A stretch of DNA of 63,262 bases, counting the filler, from Rhabdomonas costata (Eukaryota): assembly GCA_019059605.1 (NCBI GenBank). It is 42 parts of 42 records of this genome, joined end to end, with 100 filler letters (N's around TTAATTAATTAA, not from the genome) between each part and the next. Parts side by side here need not be neighbours in the genome. Positions count along the whole stretch, not along the records: positions 34,716 to 36,123 come from JAHMHO010016805.1; positions 36,224 to 37,631 come from JAHMHO010016806.1; positions 37,732 to 39,138 come from JAHMHO010016807.1; positions 39,239 to 40,646 come from JAHMHO010016808.1; positions 40,747 to 42,154 come from JAHMHO010016809.1; positions 42,255 to 43,662 come from JAHMHO010016810.1; positions 43,763 to 45,170 come from JAHMHO010016811.1; positions 45,271 to 46,678 come from JAHMHO010016812.1; 34 more parts are not named here. One strand, 5' to 3'. This document shows positions 35,657 through 48,741 of the stretch, piece by piece. The notes beneath the pieces were generated by a model. It saw only the letters and a program-made list of their open reading frames with translations. It had not been told where the DNA came from and made no database searches. Position 1 is the stretch's first letter; each line of letters begins with the position of its first letter. Both the position numbers and the translations under genes were made by a program.

Positions 35657-38600
35657 CTGATCAGCGGATGCAGATTTGTGAAATCAAATGCTACAAAGAG
35701 AAGCCACAGGATGCAATACCCACCACACCCGCCACCCGCTGTGCAGCAGTACAAATCAGGCAGAGTTTGAGCACAGCGGGGACTCCGTGCCGCGAGTGTC
35801 CGAGGAAATCATGCCCGGAAGGACCCACCGCATCCCGATTTAGTCGATCCACCCGTTCCCAAGGTTTCGGTGTACCCTGTACACGCAGCTGACCACATAG
35901 TACCTTTTTCAGCGCAGTTGCGCGATTTGAGATTACGCGAGTAGAAGCTGGAACAGAAAGGGAGACGTATTTCTGCCACATAAACGGCACATTACGTTTT
36001 GTCAGCTTTGAATTGCTCCAAAAAAAACGATAGACGATCTTTCGAAGTTCGCATGAGGCGACATGTGAAATTATTCACCCACTGTGTGAGCTCCGCAGTG
36101 CAAATACGTTGCGAAAACCAACCNNNNNNNNNNNNNNNNNNNNNNNNNNNNNNNNNNNNNNNNNNNNTTAATTAATTAANNNNNNNNNNNNNNNNNNNNN
36201 NNNNNNNNNNNNNNNNNNNNNNNGGTTGTTGGGTGACATCCTACCGGGTGTCCCATTGAAAATGAGGCAATATATATTTGGAATTACTTACGTAAAATTC
36301 ATTATTTTGTGGCCGGTGTGGAGTGATGCGGCAGCACGTCGTGGGAGAATATTTCTGGTCACAGACCGAGGGTTCACGCATTTGCGTGATAGAATGCAGA
36401 GAGTTGGAGAAAGTAGTTGCTGCAGAAATTGACAGGAACCTGTGTTGTAGACGAGGTAACTGGCAATGCAGGACCCCCTCAACGTGTCCGGGTATTTGGG
36501 CTCCGCTGGACCGAGCCGGGGCCTAGCTGAGCGACATATTCACTCAGGCGGAGGGGATCGGACCAACCGTACCAGAGACCTTATAACTAAATGGACATCA
36601 GAACTCCAGGTTGGGTGGAGGGTTGGCGCTCGTATTTGGTGGTGTGGTTGTAGTTCTGAGATGAGTTGGATAGGATTAGGACTCCACGCTGAGACATCAC
36701 CTTCGAAACCCTGCACAAAGAATGTAGGGCTGCTTGCACCCGACATGCTGCTGGCTCGGGAGTGGGCCGAAATGCCTCGTTGGTGTTGTTTATCTCTTTT
36801 TCTCTCTCTATCTCTCACATCCTGCTACCTCTCTATAATGAAACAGGTGCCCTTTGCCCTGAAGGCTGTTGAAAGACACTCGCCCAAACGCAGGTCGCGT
36901 GGCTCCGCGTCAGCGACGCCAAAAGTTTCGGCAGCGTATGCCAGTATAACCCGCTCTCAGATTGAGGAGTTCGAAACCCGGCTCAAGGGACTGGAAGAAC
37001 GGACGAAGGGGTAGCTCTTGATGCGTCACCTCTATTGGTGTTTCGTACCATGTCATTGTTAGAAGTGTTGCCGAGATTTTGTGAAAAATCAATGCAACAA
37101 CGATCATTCAAAAAGCAGCGACCGCCGGCCTTTCTGTAAACATTATCACTGAAATACCGACCAAGGCGCAAATTGATACTTTCTGAATTGGTGAGATGTG
37201 ATGCAATCCGGAATGAAGCACCATACTATGTCTCCTACAAATGCACGATTTCAAGGAGAATAACACAGCTGGTTGAAGACTAAATCATTGCCCAACGAGG
37301 ACGGATGCCACTTGGCATTCCTAGTGTTAACCTAGTGTTAATGATGCGGCTCGGTCTCCCTAATCTTGTGCTGGGTTCAAGGCCCGGGGAAACCGGTCGT
37401 TGACCGCAAGTCGGGGCTAGGTCTACCTGTCCGCGCACGGAATAAACTTAGAAACAAAAAGCGGGCACGGAGCATTCTGGCGCCGTCGCCTCGGGAAAAA
37501 TCCAGCTTCGGCCGTCACCGCTCATTCCGAAACCCCACTGCCATATGCGGGGGGGGGAAGAAAACGACCCCGAAACAACGAGGATCGAGCAGTTTCCTCC
37601 TATGACACCGGCGAGACGCCCGCGCTTTCAGNNNNNNNNNNNNNNNNNNNNNNNNNNNNNNNNNNNNNNNNNNNNTTAATTAATTAANNNNNNNNNNNNN
37701 NNNNNNNNNNNNNNNNNNNNNNNNNNNNNNNTCGTCTTGCTTGTATGCAAATCACTTTCGCCTTACACAAACTCTGTCTATCCCTCACCTAACTGCTGGC
37801 CACTGGTTTTGCCGGGCCTGTACCCTACACTAACCCATAGCTGGTGTATGGTGTACCCTTTCACCTACAAAGGTCCCGAATGAAACGAAGGGCTTTACTG
37901 TGTTCATTTTCGATTGTTTTCTGGGACGTCACTTTGGGCCTTCATGGCCGCAACTACGATACCACGAAGAGGTGCACCCTTCTCATCCTCCCTGATTTTG
38001 GGATGGAGCTGGTGATGTATTGCGCAAAAGAAGCCGATAATCGATGCTCAATCTGAATGGTCAAAAGTTCGAGTGATGCATCCATTTCTTGACCACGTGC
38101 CTTTATGCCGGTCCGAGTTTTTATTTGTTTGTGTCTTGTCATTTTCAGTCGCTGTGCTGCTTTTGTGTGAAAGCTCTCACCACTCACACGCTTTTAACTG
38201 GCAGGCTTTCGGGGGAATCTGCGAAGCTTGGCGTGCGCCCTGGCCTGGACCAGGAGAGCTTGCCCCTGGTCCGGCTTTCTCTTGCGGAAGGCTGCGAGTC
38301 ACAGGTTGTCAGCAAGTGCATGGCTACTTTTTTGGAGGGGGGTTACCCCCCTTGGTTCCGTGGGGTCACCTGTGCACGTCTGCCCTTTTTAATTCTCTCT
38401 TTCGTTTTTAAATGCAGACAAACACGCAGTGCTGGTGATACACAGTGGCCCAATTGCCATGAGGAGCAAAAAAGAACGAGAAGTGGGCAGGGGGAGAAAA
38501 CAAATAGAAGCTGGCCACACAATGATGTCGCGAGTCAGAGAGGAAGGGAGGGAGGGAGAATTGTGCAAGTCAATACGGTGTTGTGTAGGTTAGGTCAAGA

Positions 38601-40381
38601 GCTGAGAAGGCAGTAGTGGAGAGAGCAGCGCTCTTTCGTTTCTTAGCTTTTGTGTGAATTGACCTGAATATTCCACCTCCGAGAAATTGGCAGAAAAACA
38701 CAAAGACAAGAGAATAAGGTGTTACGGATCGGGTGCTGTGGAATGGTGTAAACCATTAGAAGGGGCTGTTAGTTTTGGAATGTCAGTTTTAGCGCCCCCC
38801 ACCCCCCCCCCCACCTGACGACCGCTCCCTCCGAGTTGGGCGGGAATTTCGTAGCCTGCGGTTTCGGTGACGCTCCTGAAGCTCTGCCCGTACTCTCCCC
38901 TGTGCACCTCGGAGGACGACAGCCGTGTTCGGATTATGATATCCGCCCCTGTGCAGGTGCGGGTTGGGTTAGGGCCTCCCCCAGCGGCTCTTCTCCATTT
39001 GCAATACATTTTTTTTGATCGCGCTGAGCTTTGTGCACAGTCACTCGGTACCATATGGTTCCTCGATTAAGTGAGCCGGGTGTTGTGCAGCTCTGCTTGG
39101 ACATTCACCACCGAAAGCACCGAAAGAACTTCACACCCNNNNNNNNNNNNNNNNNNNNNNNNNNNNNNNNNNNNNNNNNNNNTTAATTAATTAANNNNNN
39201 NNNNNNNNNNNNNNNNNNNNNNNNNNNNNNNNNNNNNNTAATTGCCAAGAAATGACACATAACACCAGTGAAAACAAGTTTGGATTGCATCCTCAAAAAG
39301 ACGTTTGGATAAAACTGGGGTTCCTCAGGGAGTACAACAAAAATGTAGTTCCGAGCGTGAAACAGATGCGGCCGCTGAGGGCTGCTTCGATTAAGGGTAA
39401 TGGCTCTGCACTGATGCCAGGCGTTGATGCGAGAGATGACGCCGACGGTGCAAAAGGACCATGTTGATGGCAATAGAGACCGAACTTGCACAAGCACAGT
39501 GTTAGCACGAAAGCGGAGGAAGCGCCTGACGGCTGGCAAAGAGTAATATGCGGAATCCTGTGTGTACCCAGATCTATTCTCTCTAAGCCACCAAAAACCC
39601 CTCAGGCCATGAAGAACGTCCGAGAGCCCTGGGCCGCCTGTACTGACGGAGACCTCCACACACAATCTAACACTTTACCATGGCCCAATCAGAGAGAGAG
39701 TGAGTGGCTGGCTGGGGGAGGGGACAGAGCGAGAGGAAGGCTGCAGAGCACACCTGGTTGGCTGTGCCCACGAAGGACATCCGGCGCACCGCCTGAACCA
39801 TATCGCAAGCCTCCATAGAGAGGAGCTCGTGCTCACTGTGGTGGAGGGCCGCTGACACAAACCTGTGACGGGGAGGGGGTCCGGGAGCAAATCAACAGAA
39901 ATGAATATTCAACCACCGATTCGGCTTTGCCGTGAAGGGGAAGAAAACAGAAGCCCCGAGGTTGTCTATCTTTAATACAGCGACCTTTTTTATATACCAC
40001 CCCTGTGTGGTAGAAAGTTGAAGAGAGTAAGAGAGAAGGATGCCAAAAGGCAAGGGAGGGAAGTAGAAGGTGGGGCCGCTTGGGGCTGTGGATGGCTCGC
40101 AATGATCGAATTGTGTGGGTCACTGCAGTCACTAAAGACGAGCCCCTCCCCAGGAACCCCAAAATAAAAATCATATGACGGACTCTCTACTCTGTCAGCT
40201 CAACCTCACCAGCCCCCAAGCCTTCACTAATGCGGGAATACAGCAAAAGTGCTGCTGACACACAATTAAAGGGCGCCCGCCCTTTTGGTTCGATGGTTCA
40301 GGTTCGCGGTTGGTGTGTGTGCGTGTCTTTTCCCCGCGGAAAGGACTAGAACAAAGTGTGTGTGTCGGGGGGATCTCCAAC

Positions 40382-40612
40382 CTGAGGAAGAAGCCCCAAC
40401 CCTGCAGGAAGAGACCGTCCCATAGCCTTTCCACGACGCCTCGAGGTACGCTGTCGCCCAGCACGGAGCAGAACCAGGGCCCGGCCACCACGGGGAGGTC
40501 CACCCCATCCTCCTGCATGGCCTGCAGCAGGGCAGGCACCGTGGAGGTCAGCAGGCGGCGCAGCTGCCATAGCAACTCGGTGAGGTACGGAAACCCTAAG
40601 AGCCCACCCACC
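40382..40612 (-). CDS. Rab-GAP TBC domain exon
   Basis: QLRRLLTSTVPALLQAMQEDGVDLPVVAGPWFCSVLGDSVPRGVVERLWDGLFLQGWGFFLR matches the TBC C-terminal P-x-L...WF...R(L/I)WD..F..G pattern. AG/GT bounded. Confidence 0.88.
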
Positions 40613-42256
40613 CTGGCATTGACGATGGGCACGTGTCACCGCTGACNNNNNNNNNNNNNNNNNNNNNNNNNNNNNNNNNNNNNNNNNNNNTTAATTAATT
40701 AANNNNNNNNNNNNNNNNNNNNNNNNNNNNNNNNNNNNNNNNNNNNTCGTTTTTTGTTTTTCGGGGCACTTTTGAGAGCCTTTTAGTTGATTTTATTTAT
40801 TTGAGGGCTTTGGAAAGGAAGGGCCCTTTGCAGCCAATGCGTTCGGCAGGGCATGCTTAGGATACCTAAATGTAGGGCCCAGCAACGCTTCATACTGGCC
40901 CCTCAGTTGACCGGTTTGCAGATGCCCAAGAGACCATTTAGAGCCATTTCAGGGCCATTTTGATGTAGTTTTGCCTTTACAAAGGCCGGGAAGGGCCCTT
41001 TGCAGGCTTGCATACTTTCGGTCGGGCCTGCTCAGCATCCCTGAGGGAAGAGCCCAGAAGTAATTTATCCTGGAACCCGAGTGGGCCATCTTAAGTGGCA
41101 TTCTTGGGGATTTTTGAGGCTCGCTTTGGGACTTTCTGGCCTGAGAGAGGTATGTTGACACACCACCAGCGCCCACTCTCTTTACTGCGCGCGGTTATTT
41201 CATCCTGTACAACCGTGTCATCTGGCATTGACGTGCAACGTGAGGCGAGACTTTCTCCCTCTCTTCTCTGCTTTCTTGAAAGGAGAACCCGAAACGAACC
41301 GTCAATAACTATTGCTGGCGGCTTCTTTCGGGAGGAGGGCATACTTTGGGCGTACACCACGGCCTCGGAGAAAGGGGCGCTGCTTTGGTTGCGTCGTTCC
41401 CTGGGGAACTGGTTGTAGTGCTGCGCCACACCCAAGTTGTGCAGGCACGCCACCAGCACATGCCTGTGAGTGTGTGTGTAGGGTGCGTAGCGCGATGCCT
41501 GTTGCCTGCCTGGTTGTTGCCCGTGGCTGTGGTGAACGCTGTTGGCCACATGGGTGTTCGCGAAAGGTATGGCGCGCGTCATGTCAAAAGCGAGAGTTAC
41601 AGCCGAAGCGATAATTCTGGCAAAAAAAACTGACCATGGAACCTCACAGATGAGATGAGATGACCCTCAGAAGGTCGATATAATGTCCAAAAAGGCTGAA
41701 AAATTCCTGAAACACCCCATAAAGTCGCGCGCCATGTGACAAAACCATGTGTCGTCTTTTCAGTGCACAGTTCGCAGAGATGCCTACTCCCAACAACCAT
41801 GCTATTCAATGCAACCTCTTAACAGACATTTCACAGCAAAGCTTTTCCAAAGAAATATCGCTTGTACGGTATCCTTTTGATTGCATCTCACAAAGACTCT
41901 CACTTTTAAGGTGGCGCGGGCAATATAACTTCAATGGGATGTGAGGACGAAATTCGCCTCGTTTTGATGTACGACCTTTTCGGGAATCGTCAAGCATCTC
42001 CGAAGTTCTCCAGAAGCGTCTCGTCAACGTGATGCAATGATTACGGGTGACAAACGTTTCCCAAGTCATCCACAAGCTTACTCCACAAACATTCACTCAC
42101 CCTCGCCGCACACCTGTCCTCGGAGCCGTCCGAGGTCGTGGCAGAACACACCACNNNNNNNNNNNNNNNNNNNNNNNNNNNNNNNNNNNNNNNNNNNNTT
42201 AATTAATTAANNNNNNNNNNNNNNNNNNNNNNNNNNNNNNNNNNNNNNNNNNNNTC

Positions 42257-42458
42257 GGAGGTCGGGACCGGGTTGCCATCTTCGGAGATGTGTGGTCGTC
42301 CAGCGATGGGGTGAAGTGGGTGTCTCGGGCGCGGGCACCGAGCCCGCTTGCGGAGTTTGGGGTGGCGGTGATTCAGGGGAGCCTGGTCACGATGGGAGGC
42401 TTTGAGAACGGTTACCAGGGCACTACCACCGGCGCGACCAGCGCGGTGTTCGTGATGG
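42257..42458 (+). CDS. Kelch-repeat beta-propeller exon
   Basis: GGRDRVAIFGDVWSSSDGVKW...AEFGVAVIQGSLVTMGG: two GG motifs at kelch spacing with a conserved W. GT donor at 42459. Confidence 0.8.
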
Positions 42459-44411
42459 GTGTGTGGCGCCAACTTCGTTTTGCCTACGCCTCATCTGTTC
42501 TGTTTGGTTTTCCGTTTTCGCGAGGAAGCTGCACCTGACCGAGTCGGTTCAGGGCTAACTGCACTCCCTCCGCATCCGCACCATTGGAGTGCTGGGTACG
42601 TGTGCGGCATTTTTGCAGCAGGTTGCTCGACGATGAAATGCGGAACCATCCTGGGAACCATCCTGCCCAAGCAGGTCCAAGCAGCCTGCTGGTAGCAAAG
42701 GGTACGTAAAACAAATGCATTTCCGTATAATATGCCCACGTTAAACAAAGGTATCAACCGCTGAGGACTTGTAAGGACCTATACGGTCCTTTGGGGTCAC
42801 GCTATCTGGTAAGGAAACTGATAGTACCTGTTAGCTGTCCCTCTCGCCCAATGGCGGTGCGAAGCGATTTTTTCCGGTTTTTTATATTCTAAGAAACCTT
42901 ATTTTCTCATTGACGATGGAGCGACCGTGATGCTGCTCGAAGGTGCGGAATCGTATGCAGGCAGCAAAATCCAAATAAATTTCACCGATTGTGGGAAAGG
43001 AAAAGGCATATTTTACGGCAAAAGCAGAAAGCATAAGGCTATATGCGTGTTGCAAAACCAGAAAACTTTATGCCGCAAATCGGAGTTTATGCTGCTCACG
43101 GGTCCATGAGCATGATTCGTCTCACTGGAGTTGCGATGCTGCTGTCTTTTTCTTTATATCGCCTGACTGCGGTGCTCAGGGCTGGCCTCATGACCTGGTG
43201 AACCACGGGTTCTCAAGGGGTCTTCTGGGACTGCCGTGCTCCGTCTGCGTCTGCACGGTGAAAGGTGAAAGGTGCTGGGCGTTTTTTCCGCTCTGAGAAA
43301 AGTCTTCGCCCACCTACCCCTTCCCCCGCGAAATTGAAGCTGCACCGTTGTGACGACGACGACGATAACGACGACAATCCTCTCTGCCGACAAAACAAAT
43401 TTGCAGATTGATGGGAATGAACACGAAAGGGACAAACCGCGAGTTAGAGGAACCCTCTCTTCCCTCTTGGCAAATCTGTATACATGGTGTTTACCCTTCT
43501 TGCATCGGCGAGCCTCTTGCCAGTGCTTGACTTCGATTTGTTCAGCAAAGACTCTTCATTAAGTTCAGCAATTAGATTGGCAGCACTCAAGTTTTCAAAT
43601 GCACAGCTAAGGTCTGCGGTGGGTGAAAGAAGGGTAAGCTGGGAGTCGCAATCCCACAAACCNNNNNNNNNNNNNNNNNNNNNNNNNNNNNNNNNNNNNN
43701 NNNNNNTTAATTAATTAANNNNNNNNNNNNNNNNNNNNNNNNNNNNNNNNNNNNNNNNNNNNTAGAAGTACTCCCGAGCTCTGCCTCAGTTTCAGGCATT
43801 TCAGCCGTAAAGCTGAAGTCGGGAGGCAGCGTGGACAGGGCGGGAAAAGAATGCCCACCAGTCCCGTGAAACGCGAATTCAGGAGACAAGAAGCAAGAAT
43901 CCATTTCGACCCTGAAGAGGCCCCAACGGGGCGCACAAGCCCACCCCAGGAGTGTCATCTCCACTCGCAATAGGAGCCTCCTATCGACCACTCACTCAAG
44001 CTCGAGTGATGTGGTGCACGCTCGGTCCTTTTCAATTAGACGTGTTACCCAGGAAGTGGAGTCAAGCGGTCTGTCAACTGGTGCAGGAATGGAATGGAGG
44101 CGAGCTGAATAGACCAGGTGCGTCGATAAACGAAAAACTTCAATTGCAAAAAGACTCCGCGAAAGGTAATAGTTCGCGACCGAATCTCTTGGAAAACTGA
44201 TGGCAATAAGGAGTTGAGGAAGTCCGCATTGCCAACTATTCCAGAGGGGGAGTTATTGAAAACATCCACGCAGCGTGCGCTGCGGAACTGTCACGCCAAC
44301 ACGGGCACAGTCCTCTCCAGTTACGACAAGCGACAACAAAGCAAGGCTGAGGAGAGGGAGACCAGGAGGGTGTGCACCAACCGGCATACAATCGTTGTGA
44401 AAAAAAAACGC

Positions 44412-45133
44412 TCAGAAAGGTCCGAAGCTGAAAAATTCACGTGACGGAGATCCAGAGGAAAACGATGCACAGGCCAGAAACCACAAGAGGTGCCACCCGC
44501 CAAGCGGGGGACCCCGTGCATCCACTTCCCCCTCCCCCTCAGCCTCTGCCTCTCCTTCGAAATCCTCATCATTCCTAGCTCCACAATCCACTACATCGCC
44601 CGCTCTGAGACCCTTCTTTTGCCCATATGCATCGTCGATGTCGTCTTCGCCTTCCGGCATGAAGGCAGCGGGATCGGTGATGCGAACTTGGTAAGGGATC
44701 AGCTGACTCATGTGAAAGACAGGACTACCCGCTCCGAGAAGTTCTGGTGTGATGTCCAGCTCCATAGAAGTGCGACTAACAACCTTTTTGATTAAAAATG
44801 GTCCTCGTGCTTTCGGTGACAGGGGAGTCCGAGGGCCAAAGCTTCGTTGGTGCTTACTTTGATTGACCAAAACCATTTGTCCGACTTTAAACTGGTAGTC
44901 ACTTCGCTTTTTATTAGCTTGTCGGACCATACGCTGCTGGTTCTCCTCAAAGGCCTTCTGTACGTCTCGCCATCCCTTGTGGAGCCGCTTGACAAACTGC
45001 TTGACAGTTTCTTGTTCTGAAGCCTCGGGATCGACTCCGTCGGGTACATCGTCAAAAAGGACGGGATGGAAGCCATAGTTAAGGTAGAAGGGGTGAATTC
45101 GGTGTCACCAATTGGGGCGTTGTTGATGGCCAT
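44412..45133 (-). mobile_element. Ty3/gypsy LTR retrotransposon, integrase C-terminal region (one frameshift)
   Basis: AINNA...FT/PFYLNYGFHP...QANKKRSDYQFKVGQMVLV...LSPKARGPFLIKKV...PVFHMSQLIPY (GPF-type SH3-like module). Frameshift in the C-run near 45092. Confidence 0.9.
44525..44540 (-). promoter_or_regulatory. Candidate polypurine tract directly followed by TG (putative start of the 3' LTR at 44524)
   Basis: GAGGGGGAGGGGGAAG-TG on the element's sense strand, downstream of the integrase. Confidence 0.5.
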
Positions 45134-45711
45134 TTTGGTGACACCGAATTCACCCCTTCTACCACAACCANNNNNNNNNNNNNNNNNNNNNNNNNNNNNN
45201 NNNNNNNNNNNNNNTTAATTAATTAANNNNNNNNNNNNNNNNNNNNNNNNNNNNNNNNNNNNNNNNNNNNGTGGGGTGGTTGGACCAGTATCTGTGGTTC
45301 GGGCGGTTCTGGCTGACCCACGGCACAGGTCCTTCTGCAGTTGTGCGTGCTTGACTCCGTGAGAGTGGCGTTTGGAGGGAGGTTTGCTTGAGCAGAAATG
45401 CTCATGAACCGAGAAAAGCAAGCCGGGATGTGCATGAAACTCCCAGAGGCCATCTGCATGCTGTGTTCTGCAAAAGCGCTTTAGACCGGGACATTCTGTA
45501 CTGTTCCTGCTGTTGCTGCAACCCCCAGATGCCCTTAGATAATATATACTGGAGGTTTGCTTGAGACCCTGGTGTCTTTTTTGCACGCGTCAGAATGACG
45601 AATGGAATATGTCCGGCTCGTTGTTGTAAGTTGTATGGGCGTTACGCCCCCGGTGCCTAATTGCACACTTCCTGCCCTCTTGCAACCTTGAGGTCGCTGC
45701 CTTCCTTTTAG

Positions 45712-46353
45712 GGGTGTACTCGCCCACGGGGACTTTCCTGGGCGTTACCGGGGTGGACCTGGAGCTTGGCTTCCTGAACCAGCTCCTGGTGAGTCTGAAC
45801 CTGCAGAAAGGCTACAGCATTTTCATTGTGGACGCCTTGGCTGCGAGTGTGGTAGCGGCGTTCCCCTCACTAGAGCTCATCAAGTGCAACGGCGGCACCG
45901 GGACGGACTGCGACGGTGGGACCCTGGAGAAGGTTGTCAGTTAGGTTAGGGAAAGTGATACTTTGGACTTGGGTGGGATCTAGACTCACTTTGTAATCTA
46001 TGAAATTGTTTCATTGGTTATCGGCTTTTGCTTGCTGGGCGCATCAGGTTTCCCCCATGGACCTCCACAGCAATGAGGTGGACAGCATCTTCGCCGCGGT
46101 AAAAGTATGCCTGCGCGCCTGCTGTGAATAGCGCCCCATTTCGAGGAGCAAACTTTGCTTCATCCATTGTTCTTTTTTTATGGTGCTGCGCCCCTGTTTT
46201 GGCAGCTTCCCAGCCCACACTTGTGTTTCTTTGCGTTTGTATGCAGTCTACGTTCGGCGCCTGGATTGGAGTCCAGCCCGGCCTGCTGAAAATTGCTGTG
46301 CAGGGCAACCCTCACTACTGCGCGATGATGCCGATTGCGCAGACCAACATCAG
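45712..46353 (+). CDS. dCache-type sensory domain exons (45712-45932, 46048-46104, 46247-46353) of a receptor protein
   Basis: VYSPTGTFLGVTGVDLELGFLNQLLVSLNLQKGYSIFIVD matches the dCache_1 pattern G-x-F-x-GV-x-G-x-D...L..L......G..F-x-VD. The GT-AG introns keep the frame. Confidence 0.75.
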
Positions 46354-48592
46354 GTTAGAGTACAACTTCCATACACACAGCCTGCGCTGTGCAAAAACCA
46401 GTTCACTTTCTTTTTGTTTGCTATGCTCCATCATTCTCCATAAGAGATTTGGCATACCGTAAATTTTCAGTAACAAGCTTCATTTCTTTTCGGCACGCAG
46501 ATGAAATTGCTGTCCCCCTCTTTATCCTATTGGCGATTACTTCGTGTCTCTTGGCTTGAGCCTCACGTTTCTGTCATCTGTGAGCTGTGAGCAGGTGCAC
46601 ATGAACATAGCTCTGCGGGGCAGTGACGGCTGCGGTGAAGAAGTGATGACAGAAACGTGAGGCTCAAGCCAAAACCACNNNNNNNNNNNNNNNNNNNNNN
46701 NNNNNNNNNNNNNNNNNNNNNNTTAATTAATTAANNNNNNNNNNNNNNNNNNNNNNNNNNNNNNNNNNNNNNNNNNNNCTGTGTTACCAACTCTGAAAGC
46801 CACGCAGATTGAAAAAGAAAAAACAGGTGCAGATTCCAAGACTTGCTGTTATGGAGGCCGGGCTGGCCTTGAGCATCCTCGAGGAGGGCCTTGAGTTCAC
46901 CGACCTAAAAAATCCGGGCACAGAACACGCAAAGTACCGGGGAGCCGCAGACGTCGGTTGAGTCAGGGATAAGGGCCCCGTGCTCATGGGTGGGTGAGTG
47001 GACTGCGAGGGCTGAGGCCTTAGACTGCGAGCTTCAGCAGGGGGATGGGAGAGCCCTGGGGTGGGAAGCTCCCCTGTTGAGCCTGCTGCGTCCGCAGAAG
47101 CGGACGCCAAAGCACCAAGGCCAGCGACAGCATCCCTTCCAAACTGCTCGCAAGCTTCCCACTGCAAAAAAAATGTTGGTCGCCCAGGAAGCAGGGAGGA
47201 GGGGGGGAGAGCTGCGAATCGATGCGAATTGGCGCGAAAAAAGTGCAAAAATAAGCAAACTAAAAAAGTTGCATTATCATGCCATTTTGCCTATATTACA
47301 AAACCGTTTTGGCGAGAAGCGTCAGGAAAGTGCATTTCAAGTCAAGTTTTTGGAGGGGACGAAATGACAAAAAATTTCACAGCACTGCAGGAAGACGCAG
47401 AACCCATATAGGAGGGTGAGCCGCCGGCAGAAATCGTCGGAAAGAGGAAATGAAATCAAAACGGGCCAAAGTCACCTGACAACGCACGTTTAACAGGGAG
47501 TGGCAAGCTGCGTATGGACAACAACTTTCAAAGGAGAATATCTGTTCTGCAATATAACTCTCACCACTTACATTCCAAGAACCATGAGCGGTATTAAGGC
47601 TTGGTTTTGAAACTCAAAATGAGATGGTGCTCAGACCTGAACTGGTGTGTCGGGGGTGTGGGGTGACGCGGAAGAGGCCCGAGCCAGCAGATCACCCTCC
47701 TCAGAGCCACTGGCGTAGCTGTGGTCCAGCTGCCGCTCGAAGCTGCTGGTACCACTGGAGTTCTCCGCGGGAGGGCTGCTTCCATCGGGCTCAGCAACCG
47801 GAGCAAGAGAAGGAGAGACCCCCACGCCACCATGAGGAACCTGCTGTCGGTGCGGCGCGGGGTATGTCTCTCCCCTCAGCACAACAGTGGTTGCGACGAG
47901 AACTTCCGAGGATGGTGGGAGCTCCGGAGGTGGTTGAGCTGGGAGAGACGAGGTTGCACCCTGTGCAGACACGCGCAACTGGCACACAAATCCAAACTGG
48001 CAACCGGTCACAAAGCTAGCTCACTATTTTTTGCGGCAGCAGAGTCCTCTTCGTTGGGTGAAAGGCAATACAATAGTTCACACTGGTGAGGAAAAGCTGA
48101 AGTTCACAAATCGTACGAACCGGCAATCCGAAGTGTAAGAGCAAAGTCTTTAAAATCAACAAAACTCGAGACCTGCCCCACACAAANNNNNNNNNNNNNN
48201 NNNNNNNNNNNNNNNNNNNNNNNNNNNNNNTTAATTAATTAANNNNNNNNNNNNNNNNNNNNNNNNNNNNNNNNNNNNNNNNNNNNGGTGTGTGTGAGAT
48301 TCGCAACCGGATGTCGTCGCGTCCTGCATTTTCAGTCAGCTCTGATGTCCTGATGAGCAGACTTCCCGCTTTCTTTCCATGCCTCAAAATCAACCTCGGT
48401 AAGAAAGAAAAAGGGCACCCCATGGGGCACTATTAGGGTTCTTATGTGGCGTTTCTTGCCCCCACTGAGTGAGGGTGTTTTGCCCTTCCGCCTTTCAGCG
48501 AAGTGCGCAAAATACTTTGTGCGAAAGGCATGGCAAATTGGAAGGGGGCTTCGCTGTGCCCGCGTGGAGGGAGGGAGGGGAGTGGCGCTTAG

Positions 48593-48741
48593 GTCAACGA
48601 TGTGGACCTCCTGGGGTCCAAGCTGACCGAGCAGAGCAAGCAGATCATTAACACAGCGGTGCAGGAGGTGCTGTCTTGGCTGGACCACAACTCCTCACCC
48701 CTGGCCGACGAGTCTCGAGAGAAGTATAAATTGTTGGAAAG
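48593..48741 (+). CDS. Hsp70/BiP-like C-terminal helical lid exon (divergent)
   Basis: VNDVDLLGSKLTEQSKQIINTAVQEVLSWLDHNSSPLADESREKYKLLE resembles Hsp70 L..KL...DK..I..AV.E...WLD.N......Y.EK.K.LE. AG/GT bounded. Confidence 0.7.

Noticed and set aside
41940-42095. HVDETLL...FPKRSYIK (minus strand) as a piggyBac transposase first-Asp region
   Set aside because: Only a short resemblance, interrupted by stops, with no supporting second or third Asp motifs.
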